NCBI GenBank assembly: GCA_029821455.1
Contig: JALGTI010000024.1
Span: 1 to 16,866 of the forward strand
Source: Candidatus Zipacnadia bacterium
GTDB lineage: Bacteria; Armatimonadota; Zipacnadia; Zipacnadales; Zipacnadaceae
Reading direction: 5' to 3'
Length of the DNA: 16,866 bases
Under the pieces are notes generated by a model that saw only the letters and a list, made by a program, of their open reading frames with translations, was not told the DNA's origin and ran no database searches. A program made the translations under genes and the position numbers. Of this stretch, positions 16,698 to 16,866 are shown piece after piece (within the stretch, counting starts at the first letter, position 1; each line of letters opens with the position of its first letter).

Positions 16698-16866
16698 CGG
16701 TACTCTCCGCTGCCATCGTAGGCCTGGTCCTGGCCCTGGCCCTGACCCCGCTTGTCCAGCGTCTGGCTCCGCGCCTGGGGGCCGTTGATCGCCCCGAAGA
16801 ACGGCGCGTTCACGAGCGCCTGACCCCGACGGCCGGCGGACTGGCTATCTACATAGCCTTCTGGGT
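16694..16866 (+). CDS. Polyprenyl-phosphate sugar-1-phosphate transferase, WecA/TagO/MraY superfamily (GT4 family), N-terminal fragment. The CDS runs off the end of the window.
   Basis: The translation [57 protein letters not shown] matches the WecA-type N-terminus (TM helix, then ...G.VD.P..RK.H..P.P..GG.A). The GTG start overlaps the TGA stop of the deaminase (GTGA), which suggests translational coupling. Confidence 0.55.
   Translation, partial: MTVLSAAIVGLVLALALTPLVQRLAPRLGAVDRPEERRVHERLTPTAGGLAIYIAFW

Overview
GC-rich bacterial chromosomal segment with GGAGG-type ribosome-binding sites and a few AT-rich sigma70-like promoters. It carries 13 complete CDSs and one CDS truncated at the 3' end. 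All calls are from motif-level reading only; no homology search was run.

Plus strand:
- 168..4472: a ~1,430-aa secreted multidomain glycoside hydrolase (signal peptide; LamG/ConA-like lectin domain; clan GH-A TIM barrel with NEP and ITE catalytic motifs; second LamG-like domain; C-terminal PA14-like domain).
- 12.2..16.9 kb: a housekeeping/stress block. This is a cold-shock protein with a long 5' UTR, an amidohydrolase-2 family hydrolase, a YugI/Gsp13-like S1-domain protein, a soluble GAF-PAS histidine kinase, then rpiB, dCMP deaminase and the start of a WecA/TagO-like transferase. The last three are tightly coupled, ending in a GTGA start/stop overlap.

Minus strand, 4.7..11.9 kb:
- Three genes at 4698..6878: a small 2-TM membrane protein with a C-terminal zinc ribbon, an SPFH/Band-7 (YdjI/COG4260-like) protein whose C-terminus is an internally duplicated pair of double zinc ribbons (78-bp tandem repeat at DNA level), and a 173-aa charged all-helical protein of unknown family.
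- A sialate-O-acetylesterase-like SGNH hydrolase, a membrane-bound PAS hybrid histidine kinase with a fused receiver, and a Cys-type (CSPSR) sulfatase with no signal peptide.

No rRNA, tRNA, CRISPR array, transposase or integrase was seen. The most unusual element is the PspA-less SPFH/zinc-ribbon/helical-protein module.
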